From Myxococcota bacterium (lineage in GTDB: Bacteria; Myxococcota_A; UBA9160; UBA4427): a DNA stretch of 64,000 nt. Where the stretch lies: NCBI GenBank assembly GCA_965250285.1, contig OZ252299.1:4224001-4288000 (forward strand), read 5' to 3'. Shown in pieces: positions 59,754-64,000 of the stretch. Numbering within the stretch: the stretch's first letter is position 1; every line of letters begins with the position of its first letter. The translations under genes and the position numbers were made by a program. The notes below the pieces were generated by a model that searched no databases, had not been told where the DNA came from, and worked only from the letters and a program-made list of their open reading frames with translations.

Positions 59754-60013
59754 GGGGGAGCAACGAGATCATCGCCCCCACGCGTGCCAGCTCGATGACC
59801 GGCAGGTTCGATCTCGGTTGAGCCTGCGTGCAAAGCGCGCGCGACTTCATGAAGCGCGCGCGGGTTTCGCCAAGACGACGCATGGCGCTCACGCGTTCGT
59901 CACCGGGCCTGACGATGCTGTTGAGTTGGGGGGCCTGACTCGAATCGGAGCGGGGCCAGCGAAGGCGCACCGCCGTGCCAGTGCACGTGGTCGCCGCAGT
60001 TCGGAGAGAGGGC

Positions 60014-61585
60014 ATGCCCGACTACGACGTCATCGTCGTCGGCTCTGGGGCGGGCGCCGGCGCGGCGGCATCGGCCCTGGCCGACGCAGGCGTGCGTACG
60101 CTGGTCGTCGAGCGGGGCGAGCGACTTGCCGACACACGCTTGCTTCAGGACGAGCAGCGCATGCTGATCGATCGCGTCGCGTCGGACGACCGTCCCATCA
60201 CGATCGACGGCGAACGGGTGCGACCCCTGATCGGGGGGACGCCCGGCGGCAGCACGAGCCTCTACGGCGCTGCGCTGATCAGGCCGTCGCCCGAGGACTT
60301 CGTGCCCGGTCGTCACTACGGCCCGCGCGTCCCGCGCGCGGTCTGGGACTGGCCGTTCCAGTACGAAGATCTCGCGCCCTACTACGACCGGGCCGAAGAC
60401 CTGTTTCGCGTCTGTGGCGACGCCGCAGCCGTACCGCCCCACCTCGGCCGGCGTCCTTGCCCGTACGTTGCGCCGACCCCGCCGCTCGATCCATTCAATG
60501 CACGCTTGCGCGCAGCGCTTCGCCGCGAGGGCACGCGTCCGTTTGCGTTGCCCCTCGCCATCGACTTCGACCGCTGCCTGCGGTGTCCGACGTGCCCAGG
60601 CTACGGCTGCCCGACGGGCGCACGCACATCGACCGACACCACGCTGCTGCGTCCGCGCGCCGAGAAGCACGAGCTCGACCTGTGGACGGGGGTCGAGGCC
60701 CTCGAGCTCATCCAGCGTGGCGGGCGCGTACGCGGACTGCGCGTGCGCCAGCGACGCACCGGCCACGTGCATGAAGTGTCGGCAGAGCACTTCCTGCTGG
60801 GTGCAGGCGCGCTCGGCACACCGGTGCTCCTCGAGCGCTCGCGACTCGCGGAGCGCAGCGGTCAGCTGGGACGAAACCACATGTGCCACATCGGCGCTGT
60901 GGCGATCGCCGTGTGGCGCCGTTCGATCGGCGCCGACGAGACCTTTCTCAAGCGACTGGGGCTCACCGACTTCTACTTCGGCACCGAGTCGCTGCGCGAG
61001 AAGATGGGGCTGGCGCAGTCGATCCCCGTGCCCGGCCCACGCTCGATCGAGAAGCAGCTCGGGGTGCGACTGCCCCGCGCCGCGACCGAGTGGGCACATC
61101 GGCGCAGCCTGCTGATGACCGGCACGGTCGAAGACCTGCCGCGCCCGGGCAACCGTGTGCAGGCGACCGACGACGGCGGCCTCGCGCTGCGCCGCCGCTT
61201 CGGTCGGTATGACGTACAGCGGGCGAAGGTGCTCGCGGGTCGGCTGGCCAAGCTGCTGCGCCGATCGGGTGCCGCGATCGCCCTGCCCCACGTCGCGTCG
61301 AACGACCGCGATCATCTGGCGCATCAAGTAGGAACGTGCCGCGCGGGCCACGACCCGACCACCTCGGTGGTCGACCGTGATGGCGTCGTGCACGGCGAAG
61401 AGAACGTGCGCGTCGTCGATGGCAGCGTCTTCCCGACCTCACTCGGTGTCGGCCCTGCGCTCACGATCGCCGCTCACGCGCTGCGTGTGGCGGACACCCT
61501 GATCGAACCGCCTGTCGGCCACCGCATCGTGCGCCGACCGGGCGACCGCCGGCCTCATCCCCCGCACCAGGGAGACGCTTCATGA
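60014..61585 (+). CDS. GMC-family FAD oxidoreductase
   Basis: VVGSGAGAG, GGSTSLYGA, CLRCPTCPGYGC, LGRNHMCH, HQVGTCR, VVDGSVFPTS..PALT. Confidence 0.9.
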   Translation: MPDYDVIVVGSGAGAGAAASALADAGVRTLVVERGERLADTRLLQDEQRMLIDRVASDDRPITIDGERVRPLIGGTPGGSTSLYGAALIRPSPEDFVPGRHYGPRVPRAVWDWPFQYEDLAPYYDRAEDLFRVCGDAAAVPPHLGRRPCPYVAPTPPLDPFNARLRAALRREGTRPFALPLAIDFDRCLRCPTCPGYGCPTGARTSTDTTLLRPRAEKHELDLWTGVEALELIQRGGRVRGLRVRQRRTGHVHEVSAEHFLLGAGALGTPVLLERSRLAERSGQLGRNHMCHIGAVAIAVWRRSIGADETFLKRLGLTDFYFGTESLREKMGLAQSIPVPGPRSIEKQLGVRLPRAATEWAHRRSLLMTGTVEDLPRPGNRVQATDDGGLALRRRFGRYDVQRAKVLAGRLAKLLRRSGAAIALPHVASNDRDHLAHQVGTCRAGHDPTTSVVDRDGVVHGEENVRVVDGSVFPTSLGVGPALTIAAHALRVADTLIEPPVGHRIVRRPGDRRPHPPHQGDAS

Positions 61586-62358
61586 CGAAAGTCGCCATCA
61601 CCGGCATCACGGGCAGCCTCGGCGCCGCCCTCGGCTCGTTCTATCTCGACCGCGGCGCGACCGTGGTCGGCGTCGGTCGCAAGGCGAACGCCGGCCTCGA
61701 CGTCTGCAGCGAGCCGATCGCCAACGCGCAACGAAGTCGCGAGGATGCGAGGAAGCTGCTCGATCTGGACGCCGACCTGATCCTGCTGTCGGCGGGCCAG
61801 ATCGAAGAGGAGGTCGGCCGGGCCGGCCTGCCCCTGCCCGAGGTCGCCGATTCGATTCACACGATCAACGCGCAGTTTCCGCAGTGGGTGGCGCTCGAGG
61901 CCGCCGAGCGCGAATGGGATCATCCCGTCGACATCGTCGCCATCGGCTCGATCGCCGACGGCAGCCCATCGGTGTTCGGCCCCGTCTACCACGCTTCGAA
62001 GGCGTCGCTGCATCAGTTCGTGACCGGCACCGGGCCGATCATCCACTCGGCCAACCCGAACGTGAGGCTGCGTCTGTACCGACCCGGGGTCATTCAGGGG
62101 CCGCTCTCGTGGTCACCCACCGTGCGGCTGAACGAGCGCGGGCGACGGATTCGTGCGAGGCGCTGCGAGGCGGCGCCGCGGGCCGAGGCCGTGGCGGCCC
62201 GCGTCGTTCAGTTCGTCGACCGGGACCGCTGGGTCGGCAGCGACCGCGAGCCGCTCTCGTTCCGTTTTCTCAAGCTCTTCTTCGGTCTCGCCCCCGAGCT
62301 CTACTACCGCCTGCAGATCCAGGCGTGGAAGCGCGGCAGCAAGTTCACCGGCGAGTGA
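61582..62358 (+). CDS. Short-chain dehydrogenase/reductase
   Basis: ITGITGSLG, GSIA, YHASK, RPG; ATGA overlap with the GMC gene. Confidence 0.82.
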   Translation: MTKVAITGITGSLGAALGSFYLDRGATVVGVGRKANAGLDVCSEPIANAQRSREDARKLLDLDADLILLSAGQIEEEVGRAGLPLPEVADSIHTINAQFPQWVALEAAEREWDHPVDIVAIGSIADGSPSVFGPVYHASKASLHQFVTGTGPIIHSANPNVRLRLYRPGVIQGPLSWSPTVRLNERGRRIRARRCEAAPRAEAVAARVVQFVDRDRWVGSDREPLSFRFLKLFFGLAPELYYRLQIQAWKRGSKFTGE

Positions 62359-62400
62359 TCGATCGAGCCCCACCTGCGGCGCGACGCGATCGCCCCGCGA

Positions 62401-63561
62401 TCAGCCGACGAGCACCCGTGACAGGCGACCGACCAGGCCGGGTCGGTTCGCGATGACCATGGCCTTTCGGTACTGCTGAAGCAGATTTCCTGTCTCGACA
62501 TCCCAGGTGCCCTCTTCAGCGAACTTCCTCGCCTGCACCGCCAGGTGTCGCCGCTGACCGTCCTGGCGAAGCAGCAGCGAAGCCGCTTCGCCATAGGCGC
62601 CGGGCGTGTCTGGATCGACCAGCAGGCCGTTGTCGCCGTGGCGCACGAGGTCGGGGATGCCGCCTGCCGCGGCCGCTACGACGGGCGTGCCCGCACTCAT
62701 CGCCTCGAGCACCACGAACCCGAGGGTCTCGGTCGTCGACGGCATGACGAAGAGATCGGCGCTCGCGAAGGCCGCCGCGAGATCATCGCCGCGCAGGAAC
62801 CCGGTGAAGACCGTGCGATCGGGGTCGAACGTCTTCTCGAGCGACTCGCGCGCCGGGCCGTCGCCGACGATGCAGACGCGTGCCTCGGGTGCGGCATCGA
62901 GCACCTCTTGCAGTCGATCGATCTTCTTTTCGGGCGAGACGCGGCCCGCATACATGACGATCGGGCCATCGGGCCGGCCGCCGCTCATGCGCATGCGCAT
63001 CTCGACCGAACGCTTGCCGGGATGGAAGCGCTCGGTGTCGACGCCCCCGCGCCAGAGCCCCACCTCGTTGATGCCGTTGTCGATCAGCTCACGGCGCGTG
63101 AAGCTCGACGGGCACAGGTTGACGTGGGCGCGATTGTGGACGGCTCGCATCACGGGCCAGACCGCGGGCGCGAGCCAGTCGAGGCCGTAGCCCGGCAGGT
63201 AGCGCGGCAGATCGGTGTGGTACGAAGCGACGATGGGCACCCCGAGGCTCTTGGCCGCGGCCGTCGCCCAGAGCCCGAGGCAGACCGGACCGACGATATG
63301 GACGACGCTCGGGCCGAAGCGCCACAGCTCGTAGAGGATGCGCGGATCGGGCGCTGAGACCTGCAGCCCTGGGTACGGCGTGAAGGGCACGCCCGGGATC
63401 CCGACGACTCTGGCCCCGTGCAGCTCTTCGACGCTGCCCTCGGGCGCGATGACCAGCACCTCGTGGCCGCGCTCCGTCATGCACTTGATCGTGCGGTCGA
63501 GCCTGTTCGTGATGCCGTCGATCTTCGGAAGGAAGACCTCGGTGACGATGGCGATCTTCAT
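62401..63561 (-). CDS. GT4 glycosyltransferase, SqdX/MgtA-like glycolipid synthase
   Basis: MKIAIVTEVFLPKIDGI, VASYHT, RGGVDTERFHP, PSTTETLGFVVLEAM, GGIPD. Confidence 0.88.
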   Translation of the reverse strand: MKIAIVTEVFLPKIDGITNRLDRTIKCMTERGHEVLVIAPEGSVEELHGARVVGIPGVPFTPYPGLQVSAPDPRILYELWRFGPSVVHIVGPVCLGLWATAAAKSLGVPIVASYHTDLPRYLPGYGLDWLAPAVWPVMRAVHNRAHVNLCPSSFTRRELIDNGINEVGLWRGGVDTERFHPGKRSVEMRMRMSGGRPDGPIVMYAGRVSPEKKIDRLQEVLDAAPEARVCIVGDGPARESLEKTFDPDRTVFTGFLRGDDLAAAFASADLFVMPSTTETLGFVVLEAMSAGTPVVAAAAGGIPDLVRHGDNGLLVDPDTPGAYGEAASLLLRQDGQRRHLAVQARKFAEEGTWDVETGNLLQQYRKAMVIANRPGLVGRLSRVLVG

Positions 63562-63746
63562 ACGTCCTCCTCTCACCCCGCGGCGGAGACTACGGACGCA
63601 TCGACACGGCGCTGTATCTGGACGCGCACGATTCGGCAACGCTCGTGGCACACCTGCGCCAAGAGCGGTGGGCATTCGTGGGCAGGTCGAGGGCCCGCAC
63701 GTCACAGATGTGTGACGATCGACGCCTACGTGAAGTCAGGAGCGGT

Positions 63747-64000
63747 TCAGCGTGGCTTCGGCTGCGTTTCGGTGAAGCGCCACACGACGAGCTCGCCATC
63801 GTCGTGGTTCGGGGGTCCGAGCAGCTGAGTGAGCTGTTCGATGACGCGCGGCCCGACGGCCGGCAGGTCGCGACCGTAGACGCGATGCCGCTCCATCAAC
63901 GCACGACCCGAGTCTGCAAGCGGCGCGGAATAGACGTCGGCCCAGTAGCGCTCGACCTCATCGGCGATGTCACGATGCACGATGAGCGCGTCGATGCCCT
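63747..64000 (-). CDS. C-terminal fragment of a hypothetical protein entering from beyond the window
   Basis: Frame stays open to the window edge: GIDALIVHRD..LLGPPNHDDGELVVWRF. Confidence 0.55.
   Translation of the reverse strand, partial: GIDALIVHRDIADEVERYWADVYSAPLADSGRALMERHRVYGRDLPAVGPRVIEQLTQLLGPPNHDDGELVVWRFTETQPKPR

Overview
GC-rich bacterial chromosomal window, roughly 68-70% GC by eye. The gene content suggests a diderm, possibly Myxococcota-like organism (inference). It is densely coding, with about 55 supportable CDS; most other ORFs in the track are GC-rich shadow frames. I saw no rRNA, tRNA, CRISPR array, integrase or transposase. Content is mixed. Catabolic enzymes: three Amidohydro_2 paralogs, P450, thiolase, crotonase, PhyH dioxygenase, FAD monooxygenase, molybdopterin oxidoreductase, GMC+SDR pair and a GH2 beta-glucuronidase. 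Ion-homeostasis proteins: K+ channel, K+-dependent membrane pyrophosphatase, two MscS-type proteins and bestrophin. Housekeeping genes: pyk, bioA, queD. There are also several exported or surface proteins. The most notable observations are: (1) a plant-type galacturonokinase-like GHMP kinase translationally coupled to a nucleotidyltransferase, a candidate bacterial uronic-acid salvage route; (2) an aldo-keto reductase/Fe-S protein with two N-terminal TM helices followed by an internal twin-arginine motif, a candidate dual Sec/Tat substrate; (3) two different palindrome-bearing tandem arrays with about 40-bp period, one on each side of hppA; (4) a membrane-anchored P-loop NTPase coupled to MscS; (5) a beta-propeller/di-heme/TSP3 surface protein with an IPTL/PEP-CTERM-like tail shared with a second protein. 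All family assignments come from motif recognition, not database searches.
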